IMG/VR virus record: IMGVR_UViG_3300032084_002349
Coordinates: 62,001-117,168 of that record
DNA length: 55,168 bases
Strand: one strand, 5' to 3'
DNA from: an uncultured virus (IMG/VR IMGVR_UViG_3300032084_002349)
Lineage: Duplodnaviria; Heunggongvirae; Uroviricota; Caudoviricetes
Shown: positions 19,427-28,397 of the stretch, in pieces
How positions within the stretch are numbered: position 1 is the first letter of the stretch
Layout of the letters: each line of letters begins with the position of its first letter
The notes under the pieces: model-generated
The model's input: only the letters and a program-made list of their open reading frames with translations
What the model was told of the DNA's origin: nothing
Databases searched by the model: none
Position numbers and translations under genes: made by a program

Positions 19427-19900
19427 ATGAGTAGATCATTTTTATATATTATCCTTTTAGTCTTAGTAAGTGTGATTGCTTTTAGAAGTGGCGTTACACA
19501 AGAGAATCCAAAACCCGATACTAATATAGTTGATATAGATAATCAACCTGTTGTTGTTCCTACATTAGATACTAATTTTGTATACGACGATTTGAAAAAA
19601 GCCAAAGCGATAGCATCCACGCATAAAAGAAAAGTGATTGTAATATTTGGTGCTGAATGGTGTCCTTACTGTAAAGATTTGAAAAGAGCATCTAAAAAGA
19701 TTAAGCAGTTTAAGGATTATATTATTTGTTTTTTAGACACAGATAATAAGGATAATAATAGTAATGATATTAATAAATATAGACCTAGAAGTTTACCTAC
19801 ATCTATACTAATTGATTTAAAAGGAAATGAACTCTCAAGGAAAATAGGATATAAAGATAAGGATTACTCAAAATGGTTAGATTCTTTACAGCAATATTAA
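19427..19900 (+). CDS. exported thioredoxin-like protein
   Basis: N-terminal TM/signal; FGAEWCPYC; cis-Pro LPT. Confidence 0.88.
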   Translation: MSRSFLYIILLVLVSVIAFRSGVTQENPKPDTNIVDIDNQPVVVPTLDTNFVYDDLKKAKAIASTHKRKVIVIFGAEWCPYCKDLKRASKKIKQFKDYIICFLDTDNKDNNSNDINKYRPRSLPTSILIDLKGNELSRKIGYKDKDYSKWLDSLQQY

Positions 19901-20709
19901 CTATATGGTGTTATTATGCGTTATCCATTTCATCATTTCAATATTGTCTCGGTAATGAGACTGTTGAAGTTAAAACTTTTTCAGAAATGGAACCGAGATC
20001 AACGCCGATAGTTTTAGATATTTTTGAATTAGAAGATAAAAAACATTTAGAAAAAAATTCTATCTATAATCAAGTTATAACTTGTTTTGCTAAACCATTT
20101 GGAAACAAACATGGTAGAAGCACCAACGCTCACGAAACAGTTCATGGTATCAATAACGCAATCAGTAATACAAGAAAAGGTTATAGGGCTTTCTATTCAG
20201 GGTGTTGTAGATGCGTATGGCTTAAAGAGCCAAATCATCTTAAAATGGAAGATATAATTCCTTACATACCTAATACTCTCAGAGGTTATAGATATACATT
20301 GTATTTTGTTAAGCAATTAAAGTCTTGGAACAATGTTTGTTTGTATCCAGTTGATGAGTGGAGTGCATATATCAGTGGTGCTGAGTGTGCAGTAGATGAT
20401 CACATGAATAATATGTTAACTCAAAAAAATTACGATAGTGTGTCTGGTGCGTTAGAGTTTAGTATATATTGTACTGCTTTAGCAAAAGCGATAAAAGAAA
20501 AACAACCAGATTATTGGCAAAATTATCCACAATTTAGAAATACTATTCAGTTTTTTTTAATCCGTTCCGAAAAAGTTTTTTTTGAAGGCAGAACCATATT
20601 CCCTTCTAGTGGACAAGATTCTCTATTAAATAATTTGCAGAACAACAAAGATGCTAAATTAATAAGAGATTTTCTTATAGAGGAATTTGATGGAGTATTT
20701 ATTCAATGA
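19873..20709 (+). CDS. exported HExxH protein (putative metallopeptidase)
   Basis: Signal-like N-terminus; HETVH; DEWSAY. Confidence 0.55.
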   Translation: MVRFFTAILTIWCYYALSISSFQYCLGNETVEVKTFSEMEPRSTPIVLDIFELEDKKHLEKNSIYNQVITCFAKPFGNKHGRSTNAHETVHGINNAISNTRKGYRAFYSGCCRCVWLKEPNHLKMEDIIPYIPNTLRGYRYTLYFVKQLKSWNNVCLYPVDEWSAYISGAECAVDDHMNNMLTQKNYDSVSGALEFSIYCTALAKAIKEKQPDYWQNYPQFRNTIQFFLIRSEKVFFEGRTIFPSSGQDSLLNNLQNNKDAKLIRDFLIEEFDGVFIQ

Positions 20710-21086
20710 AGTTAATATTTCCAAATATGTTTACATTAATAGAAATGCATAATAAAGCAAGGGGAGATAATTGGTGGAAATTAAAACCATTAGAACCTGA
20801 TAATAAATTAATGATGTATGCTCAAGATTGGGCTTTATATATGTCTCAAAAAGAGAGGATGTATCATAGTAAAATTAAAAACATAATGAATTTAGGTTTT
20901 AATTCTGCTGGAGAAAATATAGCCTATGGTCAAAAAAATGAAACAACCGTAATGAAAACATGGTTGAATAGTGCTGGGCATCGGGCTAATATAATGAGTA
21001 GCACTTTTACTCATATAGGATGCGGTTTCGGGTATTCTGATGACGACATATTATTCTGGTGTGTATGTTTCGGTAAAAAAAAATAA
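20706..21086 (+). CDS. CAP/SCP domain protein
   Basis: HNKAR, AQDWA, GENIAYG, WLNSAGHRANI, HIGCG. Confidence 0.9.
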   Translation: MKLIFPNMFTLIEMHNKARGDNWWKLKPLEPDNKLMMYAQDWALYMSQKERMYHSKIKNIMNLGFNSAGENIAYGQKNETTVMKTWLNSAGHRANIMSSTFTHIGCGFGYSDDDILFWCVCFGKKK

Positions 21087-21096
21087 AGATATGGTA

Positions 21097-21125
21097 TTGA
21101 CAGTGACGATAACATAATGTATAAT
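21097..21125 (+). promoter_or_regulatory. class A promoter
   Basis: TTGACA-gtgaCGATAacataatg-TATAAT. Confidence 0.82.
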
Positions 21126-21159
21126 AGGAACAAGAAACTTTTGGACATGGAGATTTAAA

Positions 21160-21444
21160 ATGACTAAAGTAATTATGACAACGAAACAGAAAAGGATTCG
21201 TTGTAGTGACGAAAAATTTTTAGAAGCAATATTTTCTAGTAAAACTTATGCAGAGATCGCTGAGAAGACAGGTCAAAAAGTCGCTAGCACTATGGCTAGA
21301 TATGCTAGAGTTAAAAGAAGTTTATCTGAAAAAGGTGTTAGTATCCCAGATATGCAAAGAAAAAAAACAGAAAAGAATATTGATAACGTGAAGAATATGA
21401 TTGAGATTGTTAGTAGATTAAAGGAAGCGTCGAATAGAACTTAA
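21160..21444 (+). CDS. small HTH-like DNA-binding protein
   Basis: KTYAEIAEKTGQKVAST helix-turn-helix pattern. Confidence 0.65.
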   Translation: MTKVIMTTKQKRIRCSDEKFLEAIFSSKTYAEIAEKTGQKVASTMARYARVKRSLSEKGVSIPDMQRKKTEKNIDNVKNMIEIVSRLKEASNRT

Positions 21445-21457
21445 TAAAATACTATTC

Positions 21458-21530
21458 GGGGTTGTAGTCCAAAGGCAGAGACAACGGACTTAAAATCCGT
21501 ACAGTGCGGGTTCGACTCCCGCCAACCCTA
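21458..21530 (+). tRNA. trnL: tRNA-Leu (TAA), short variable loop, no encoded CCA
   Basis: GGGGTTG/CAACCCT acceptor; ACGGA-CTTAAAA-TCCGT anticodon arm; GCGGG-TTCGACT-CCCGC T arm; discriminator A. Confidence 0.92.
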
Positions 21531-21543
21531 CTAAGGGCTAGTT

Positions 21544-21939
21544 ATGAATAAAACATATGGTGATCTTTATTTATTTATAGAAAAAAAATTTGCCAGTAGG
21601 ACTAAAAGAGAAAATATTCATGGATTTATTTATACGAAAAGATTCTTAGAAAAACATCAAATCTCTAATCCATCAAGAATTATTCAAATTTTATCTGATT
21701 TTGGTGCTGCGAGTGATTTGGAGGTTTTATGGAATGTTGCGGATAAAATACCAGATAACACTAGTATAGAAAAAGATATAGAGACCCCAATAGAGTATGC
21801 TATTAGAAATAATTATTACTGCAAATGGCACGAGGGCATGTGGGTTAGGTGTAAGAAAGAAGATAAAGGATCAATGCCTGATATCAGCACCGCTTATAAG
21901 AGAATGAAAATTTTTAGAACTGACGATGAATTATATTAA
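21544..21939 (+). CDS. DUF2695-like protein
   Basis: H.F.YT..FL...L...GAASDLEVLWNV resembles the GGxCDCEVLxN pattern without the Cys residues. Confidence 0.5.
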   Translation: MNKTYGDLYLFIEKKFASRTKRENIHGFIYTKRFLEKHQISNPSRIIQILSDFGAASDLEVLWNVADKIPDNTSIEKDIETPIEYAIRNNYYCKWHEGMWVRCKKEDKGSMPDISTAYKRMKIFRTDDELY

Positions 21940-22279
21940 TAATTACAGGAACAATAAGATGGAACGATCAAACAGACTATGTAATGCTTTTGCGTTAAAC
22001 ACAAACAGTAAATCTGTTATAAAAGGTTTTGAAATAATTACTTGCAGAGAAGTGAGTGATTATAGCGGAGGCACTATTATAGAACAGTTAAAAACAGCGG
22101 AAGACTTCTTAGGTTCTAATGAATTTGGTTTAGATGATCCATTTTACAGAGTGTTTGCTGTCTATAAAAACGATTATCATAGAGGAAGAAGGGCTATAGG
22201 TGACTACTGGCAGATTAAAGAGGCTACCAGTTTGATAGAAGAATTGACTGGTAATTCTGTACATATCTACTCGTATTGA
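21926..22279 (+). CDS. hypothetical protein
   Basis: ORF track. Confidence 0.6.
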   Translation: MNYINNYRNNKMERSNRLCNAFALNTNSKSVIKGFEIITCREVSDYSGGTIIEQLKTAEDFLGSNEFGLDDPFYRVFAVYKNDYHRGRRAIGDYWQIKEATSLIEELTGNSVHIYSY

Positions 22280-22399
22280 TTTTAACACAATTCTAACAAT
22301 GCCGGACTCACCATAGTATCTTAATATGGGTATAATGAGATATCAGAACTTACTGTAAGTTTCTTACCAAAGTATCCATTGACAAAAGGGCAAATATAA

Positions 22400-23407
22400 A
22401 TGTTTAACTTTTTCAAACGAAGTAAAAAAACTAAAAACAATAAAGGTTTTACTCTCATCGAATTACTGGTAGTTATTGCAATCATCGGCGTTTTAGTAGG
22501 ATTGCTATTACCCGCTGTTCAGTCTGCCAGAGAGTCTGCAAGACGAGCATCATGCTCAAATAATCTAAAACAACAAGGTCTTGCTATGCACATGAGTTTA
22601 GACCAGAAGAGATATTTCCCTGCTGCTGCATGGACTATCGAAGCAAAGAATTTGTCCGAGACTCCTAGTTCGCTAGGTAATCCTTCACGAACAGAACATA
22701 GTTGGAGAGCATTTGTTCTTGCAAATTTAGAACAGGGTAACGTAGCAAACATTTATGACTTCAATAAACATTGGTGGCAAAATACTGCTGCTATTGCTAC
22801 AGAAGCATCTGTATTTAAATGTCCAACCGCACTTCCTCCTAATGGTGGGTACGCCAGTGTTGATGGGCCTAGTAGAGATAGCGATAGTGCTGCACCGAGT
22901 TTAGACCCGAATATACTTGGTTATACAGACTATGAGGTGTTTACTGGAGTAAAAGATAAGATTTTTCCTGCTGGTAGCGATCCTTACGCAAGTAAAACTA
23001 ATGATGATGGTTGCTTGATTAAAGATAAAGTAACTAAAGAGCAAGAAATTGTTGATGGTTTTTCTAATACTCTTATGATTGTAGAGTGTTCAAGTAGACC
23101 TGATATATATAAGGCTAGTAATGGTAAAACTGCTATTGGTGGTACTAACCAGTGTATTGGTTGGGCAGATTCATTAGGGCCATTTAAATTACATGGTGTT
23201 GATGCTAATGGTGATAAATGTAAAAATTGTTCTGGTAATGTACCATTCAATGTTATTAATGATGGTGAAGCATATAGTATGCACCCCGGCGTAATGAATT
23301 GCGTATATGCAGATGGTTCTACTAGAACTATTAATGATAACGTAGATTTAAGAGCATTTGCTGCTGCAATTACTCGTAATGGAAGAGAAGTAGGAAGTAT
23401 TGATTAA
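22400..23407 (+). CDS. DUF1559 (SBP_bac_10) prepilin-type N-methylation / H-X9-DG protein
   Basis: KG|FTLIELLVVIAIIGVLVGLLLPAVQSARESARRASCSNNLKQ; DGFSNTLMIVE; HPGVMNCVYADGS. Confidence 0.95.
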   Translation: MFNFFKRSKKTKNNKGFTLIELLVVIAIIGVLVGLLLPAVQSARESARRASCSNNLKQQGLAMHMSLDQKRYFPAAAWTIEAKNLSETPSSLGNPSRTEHSWRAFVLANLEQGNVANIYDFNKHWWQNTAAIATEASVFKCPTALPPNGGYASVDGPSRDSDSAAPSLDPNILGYTDYEVFTGVKDKIFPAGSDPYASKTNDDGCLIKDKVTKEQEIVDGFSNTLMIVECSSRPDIYKASNGKTAIGGTNQCIGWADSLGPFKLHGVDANGDKCKNCSGNVPFNVINDGEAYSMHPGVMNCVYADGSTRTINDNVDLRAFAAAITRNGREVGSID

Positions 23408-23585
23408 AGATAAAAGTTTGTGGATTATTATTGGGTTGTGCTTTTTATATCTGGTGATGCTTCTCTCCGTTCCAAGGGGAGAAGTATCTAGTGAAGAAAA
23501 AGTAAAACAATGGAAACCTAGAGATTTTTATTTGGTCTACAAAATGTGGACTGATGAAGAATATAGGAATGTAAATGGTAAATAA
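23400..23585 (+). CDS. small membrane protein
   Basis: N-terminal TM. Confidence 0.55.
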   Translation: MIKDKSLWIIIGLCFLYLVMLLSVPRGEVSSEEKVKQWKPRDFYLVYKMWTDEEYRNVNGK

Positions 23586-24135
23586 CGATTATTTGGTTGA
23601 TACATCTTATATGGATGATTCTGGTAGTTACTGTGATTTCCTCCCTATTAAGGGAGAGGATAATTTGGGGTTTAAAAGTTTTAAATTAAAAACCAGAGCA
23701 AAAGAAACTTATAAAATACAGAAAAAATTAGCCAAGTTTAATTTGGCCCCACAAGCCATTACAAAGGTCTGTAAAATACCATACTCCTACGACCCTAATA
23801 TTTTAAAATACTGGACTCCAGAAGAAACTGTAACCTCTTGGGGGTATGTTACAGAAAAAGCGAGGCTATTAGATATAGACGAAAAACCCTATGATAGACT
23901 AGAATATCTTGTAAGTATAATCAAAGAACAAACAGGACTTAAATTTTGGGATTGTCATTGGACAAATGTTGGCTATATTAATAATAGATTAGTTTGTATA
24001 GATACAGGAACAGAAAGTTTTACTCCATATTGTAATGCTTGGGGTTTTCTTGAACCGGGGCCAAAGTGTCCATATTGTAATGATTATCAGTGTTATTGTT
24101 CTAGTACTTATGAGGATGAATTATGCCATATATAA
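23575..24135 (+). CDS. minimal protein-kinase-like fold protein
   Basis: SGSYC loop, GFKSF, DCHWTN catalytic loop, IDTG; C-terminal CxxC...CxC. Confidence 0.65.
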   Translation: MVNNDYLVDTSYMDDSGSYCDFLPIKGEDNLGFKSFKLKTRAKETYKIQKKLAKFNLAPQAITKVCKIPYSYDPNILKYWTPEETVTSWGYVTEKARLLDIDEKPYDRLEYLVSIIKEQTGLKFWDCHWTNVGYINNRLVCIDTGTESFTPYCNAWGFLEPGPKCPYCNDYQCYCSSTYEDELCHI

Positions 24136-24425
24136 ATGAAAGCGCAAGATTAGAGTTGGATGACTGTATAGACAATATGGTTGAGTGCTTAACGCACAAC
24201 AATGAAGTAACCAATGAGGAATTTACCCTATTATTAGGCGAAATTAACTACTCTTTTAGTAGGATACTTGCTAAAAGTATGGGCAATATATCTTACAGTA
24301 AGATTGCTATGATTACTGGTGTATTAGAAAATATAAAGCAAGAGTTTTATCGTCGTATTGCCACCTCATATGAAGATAAAAAAATTATAGAAAATGGTGA
24401 TATTAAAGAGTATAAGCCTCTATAA
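24123..24425 (+). CDS. DUF6899-like protein
   Basis: MPYI...GEINY...GVLENIKQEFYRR...YEDKKI.ENGD. Confidence 0.75.
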   Translation: MPYINESARLELDDCIDNMVECLTHNNEVTNEEFTLLLGEINYSFSRILAKSMGNISYSKIAMITGVLENIKQEFYRRIATSYEDKKIIENGDIKEYKPL

Positions 24426-24730
24426 TGAATACTGAATTTCAAAAAATTATTAAAATGCTGACAGAAACCAATAAAACTTTATCAACTATTGATAAAGAAA
24501 ATAGGGATATAAAAAAGATACTTAAAAATTTAGAAAAACAAATTAAAAGTATATCCGATAGACTTGCAGAATTTGAAATAATTATGGATGCTGCTGAAAT
24601 ATTAGAAGACCAAGTAATCGAAGAGGAAAATATCTATAACACAGATTGGACTCCTTATGAGGATGAAGATTATCATCCAGAAGATTATGAGGATTACGAT
24701 GATGAAGATGATACACCTCATGGATATTGA
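24425..24730 (+). CDS. coiled-coil protein with acidic tail
   Basis: ORF track. Confidence 0.6.
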   Translation: MNTEFQKIIKMLTETNKTLSTIDKENRDIKKILKNLEKQIKSISDRLAEFEIIMDAAEILEDQVIEEENIYNTDWTPYEDEDYHPEDYEDYDDEDDTPHGY

Positions 24731-24814
24731 GGATTGGTTTGAAATAGAAGATGAGGAATTAGAATATCCTTTACTGCCGTGTGTGGATAACATTTGGACA
24801 GAATAAATTAACGC

Positions 24815-24843
24815 TTGACAACCTATGTATCCGATAGTATACT
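24815..24843 (+). promoter_or_regulatory. class A promoter for rIIA
   Basis: TTGACA-acctatgtatcCGATAg-TATACT, 17-nt spacer. Confidence 0.82.
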
Positions 24844-24883
24844 TAGGCTATCACAAGAAATTAACTTTTGGAGACTATCACAG

Positions 24884-27529
24884 ATGAAACTCGCAGATCG
24901 TACAGTTGAAATTCACTCAAACGGTGTTGATGCAAGCAATCAGTTTAGTATTGCTCAAACAAGTAAAATGTTCAAGATTTTATCAGACTCATTGTATTCT
25001 GATAAAGTAATGGCAGTTATTCGTGAACTGTCTACAAATGCTAACGATGCTCATGTTGCATCAGGGAATAGAAATCCTTTCAAGGTTAGTTTGCCTACGC
25101 AAGCCAACCCTAACTTTACGGTGAGAGATTATGGTACAGGACTTTCTCAAGAAGACATGGAAGAACTCTATACAACTTATGGGGCTAGTAACAAGAATGA
25201 CAGTAACGATTTTACTGGTTGTCTTGGTCTTGGTTCTAAGAGTCCATTTGCTTACACTAAGAGTTTTAGCACAACTTCTTTCTTCAATGGCAAAGCGTAC
25301 AACTACATAGCGGCTATGGATGAAGGTGGAGTACCTAGTCTAAGTTTGTTTGGGGTCACTCATACTGATGAACCTAACGGTCTTGAAATTAGTTTTGCAG
25401 TCAAACAAAGTGATTTCCAAGAGTTTACTAATAAGTCTAAGAGAATCTTTCATTACTTTAAGACTAAGCCAATGATGGAGGGTGGTACTTGTAATCTTCT
25501 TCAGAACCATGCGTATTGTCACCATAATGTTATTATAGAAGGGAAGAACTGGCGTGTTGGTAGAATCTCTGATAATGATGACAAATATCCTAGCACATAT
25601 AATAGTCCCGGTGCTGGTATTGTCGCTATCATGGGTAATATTGCGTACCCAGTAGATTCCGATAAAATTATCGGCAAAGAAGAACAAGAGCAAAAGAGTG
25701 ATGCTATCCAGCGATGGAACAGAGCATTTAAGAAAGCAGATGTAGATAATTGGACTAACTTAGTCAAAGAGATTCTAAACTCTGGCATGTATCTTGAAAT
25801 TACCTGCGATATTGGTGAACTAGAGATGGATGTTAGTAGAGAAGGTCTACAGTATACCAAGGGTGTTATTAAAACTCTTAGAGAAAAGACTCAAGATATT
25901 TATTTGCAACTCAAGAGCAATATGTCAACCAAAGTTGAAGAGTGTACTAATCTTATAGATGCTTACCAGACATATTATAAGTTGGCTGATATTGCTGGTG
26001 GATATACTGCTGGTGCAGAGTGGGTCGATCCAGAAGGTAAAAAACATGATTTGTCTGCTGGTGAAGATTTAGATTATAAATTAGGTAAGCATAAACAGTT
26101 GTATGTTATTAATTATCGTACTGCTAGTCATCGTTCCAAGAGAATGCTATATCTAACAGATAAAATCCATCATGAAAGTCTACAGGGTAGATCGTCTAAT
26201 TATTGGGATAATAAGCGTAAGAGTAATCCTCTAGCCTTCTTTGTCTGCGATACTAGAAGTCCTGAAACTGCCAAGAAGATTGCTATTAGATATTGTAATC
26301 AGAATGATTGTATGGCATATCTTATGGTAGACACTCAAAACCCAGCAGAAGATTCTGGCGAAGGTTTTACTAAACTTATCAAAGATATTGGTGGAGAAGA
26401 GAATGTCAAGAATATCTCTGAGTACCGTAGTCTGCTGCAATCTAGCACCAAGGGAAGAACTGGTACTGGTGCTGGTATGATTAGTAAAGACGAAATCTTT
26501 CTACTAAAAAGTTCTAAAGATTATCAGCCGGATGAGTGTTCTGATCTTAGCGGTAATAATCTTAATGACTCTAATATGCTTAGTGAATTAAGTGATAGTC
26601 TGGTAGAAGAACTAGAAGATGCTGACCAAGTAATCTATGTTCCTATTACTAGATATGCTTCTGTTAGCCCTTATCCCGCCATTCATAGTATTTATAGTCT
26701 AGCAGGTAAAGATAACGTCTTAGGGGCTTTGCTATTCAAGAAATATAATATTTATGCTATCAAGCAAGGCTCTGTATCTAAACTACAAAAGCAAGGTATC
26801 AATCTAGTTTGCTTTAACAAATGGTTTAAGAGTAAGGCTGCAAAAATGTCTAAGAAATTAAGAGAAGAAGTAGGTAAGTATGATGCAGTCATAAACTACT
26901 GTGACAAAGAGTATTCTACTTCAGATTTTAAGAAGCAAAGAAGTTGGAGTAGTCAGCCTGAGCGTTCAGATAGAGTTGTAATGGCTAATCTTTTAAATAT
27001 CTATGGTCTTGACTACAAAGACTATATTAAAAACGAGACAGTCACCAAGGCTATGGATCAATGGCTGCTTATGTACTACTTTGCTCAGGTTGCAAATAGT
27101 GAATACTTTAATCTTAGGGTATTTAGTAGGCAAAGACTTGAACAGCATGTAAATAATATAGCAGGTGAATACAACATCGTAGAAGATGCAAAAGATATTC
27201 ACACTAAAATTCTTAAACTAGACAATATGCTTTGTGAATTTAAGAAACTATATGGTTACGAAGAATTGCCATCTGGTAAGAAATCACGCAGTCAGGAGAT
27301 CATCAAGACCCTGCCTAAGATGGATGCTCTTAGAAAAATTCTTAAAGGTGCTATTGACAGTTCACCGATACTAAAGTATATTGTTAGTGGTAACGATGAG
27401 TTGGATATTGAGAAGATCAAGAATGATTCTCCTACAGATATTCACAACAATGGTTACTATGGTCGAGATAAATGGTTTGACAATGTTGAACTCAGCGAAC
27501 TGAGAACAGCAGTAGGAAATTTGGTTTAG
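24884..27529 (+). CDS. rIIA: rIIA-like protein (N-terminal GHKL ATPase)
   Basis: LYSDK.AVIRELSTNA.DAH, VRDYGTGLS, GLGSKSPFAY, SREGLQY; followed by rIIB; start moved to ATG 24884 (GGAG SD). Confidence 0.9.
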   Translation: MKLADRTVEIHSNGVDASNQFSIAQTSKMFKILSDSLYSDKVMAVIRELSTNANDAHVASGNRNPFKVSLPTQANPNFTVRDYGTGLSQEDMEELYTTYGASNKNDSNDFTGCLGLGSKSPFAYTKSFSTTSFFNGKAYNYIAAMDEGGVPSLSLFGVTHTDEPNGLEISFAVKQSDFQEFTNKSKRIFHYFKTKPMMEGGTCNLLQNHAYCHHNVIIEGKNWRVGRISDNDDKYPSTYNSPGAGIVAIMGNIAYPVDSDKIIGKEEQEQKSDAIQRWNRAFKKADVDNWTNLVKEILNSGMYLEITCDIGELEMDVSREGLQYTKGVIKTLREKTQDIYLQLKSNMSTKVEECTNLIDAYQTYYKLADIAGGYTAGAEWVDPEGKKHDLSAGEDLDYKLGKHKQLYVINYRTASHRSKRMLYLTDKIHHESLQGRSSNYWDNKRKSNPLAFFVCDTRSPETAKKIAIRYCNQNDCMAYLMVDTQNPAEDSGEGFTKLIKDIGGEENVKNISEYRSLLQSSTKGRTGTGAGMISKDEIFLLKSSKDYQPDECSDLSGNNLNDSNMLSELSDSLVEELEDADQVIYVPITRYASVSPYPAIHSIYSLAGKDNVLGALLFKKYNIYAIKQGSVSKLQKQGINLVCFNKWFKSKAAKMSKKLREEVGKYDAVINYCDKEYSTSDFKKQRSWSSQPERSDRVVMANLLNIYGLDYKDYIKNETVTKAMDQWLLMYYFAQVANSEYFNLRVFSRQRLEQHVNNIAGEYNIVEDAKDIHTKILKLDNMLCEFKKLYGYEELPSGKKSRSQEIIKTLPKMDALRKILKGAIDSSPILKYIVSGNDELDIEKIKNDSPTDIHNNGYYGRDKWFDNVELSELRTAVGNLV
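27354..27382 (+). promoter_or_regulatory. class A promoter inside rIIA, likely driving rIIB
   Basis: TAAAG..TTGACA-gttcacCGATActaaag-TATATT, 17-nt spacer. Confidence 0.65.
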
Positions 27530-27554
27530 GTTTTATTCACAGGAGTTTTAAATT

Positions 27555-28394
27555 ATGAGTGTTCCTTTTATGTGGGTTGACGGTAACTTAACGGTGATCT
27601 TAAAGAATAAGGCTCACCAAGTAATTCCAGATCATACTAATTACAAGTTAATTCTGGAAGCACTTCCAACAGCAACAGAAGATGAGTTGCTAGAACTGGT
27701 AGATATTGAAAAAGCGATTACTACCTTTAGTGACGGACAAGTATCAATCGTAAATGGCAAGGTGATGTTTGAGGGTGAAGAAGTTCACGGCAGCATCAGC
27801 AAGAGAATTATAGAGTTTATGAGTAAGGGATTACCCTTTGAGCCTCTTGTAAAGTTCTTGGAAAATCTTATGGAGAATCCAAGTATGCAGAGCCAGCAAG
27901 AACTGTATGACTTCTTGGAGCATGAAAATCTTCCTATCACTGAAGATGGGTGCTTCCTTGCATACAAGGCAGTCAATAGTGACTTTAAAGACAAGTGGAA
28001 AGGAACATTCGACAATAAGGTTGGTCAGGTCTGCGAAATGCGTCGAGCAAAGGTAGACGACAATAGAGGTAGAGGATGTTCTGCTGGACTTCATGCTGGG
28101 GCATTAAATTATGTTGCAAATTATGGCAATGTGGATGCTGGTGATAATATTGTGATTGTTAAAATCAATCCTGAAGATGTTGTTAGTGTTCCTAGCGATT
28201 GCAACTGTGAAAAACTTCGCACTTGTAAATATGAAGTAGTCGGTCTTTATCAGGGAGAACTACCGAAGCCTCTTTATAAGGCTGAATTTGAGGCAGACTC
28301 TTATGTTGATGAAGATGAATACTCAACAGTTTATGATGAGTACGACGAAGATTACTGGGATCAGTTTGAAGACGAAGACGACGAAGAATTTTAA
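27555..28394 (+). CDS. rIIB: rIIB-like protein
   Basis: NPS...ELYDFL..LPIT.DG.FLAYK, CSAGLH, VKINPEDVVSVP.D...KLRTCKYEVV. Confidence 0.92.
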   Translation: MSVPFMWVDGNLTVILKNKAHQVIPDHTNYKLILEALPTATEDELLELVDIEKAITTFSDGQVSIVNGKVMFEGEEVHGSISKRIIEFMSKGLPFEPLVKFLENLMENPSMQSQQELYDFLEHENLPITEDGCFLAYKAVNSDFKDKWKGTFDNKVGQVCEMRRAKVDDNRGRGCSAGLHAGALNYVANYGNVDAGDNIVIVKINPEDVVSVPSDCNCEKLRTCKYEVVGLYQGELPKPLYKAEFEADSYVDEDEYSTVYDEYDEDYWDQFEDEDDEEF

Positions 28395-28397
28395 TAG

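Noticed and set aside
22379..22384. TTGACA before the DUF1559 gene as a class A promoter
   Set aside because: No -10 at 16-18 nt; that position falls inside the CDS
24815..24883. TTG start for rIIA (also TTG 8168, ATG 16583, GTG 10243, TTG 18013)
   Set aside because: These starts fall in promoter boxes or overlap other genes; downstream ATGs have SD sequences or stop/start coupling
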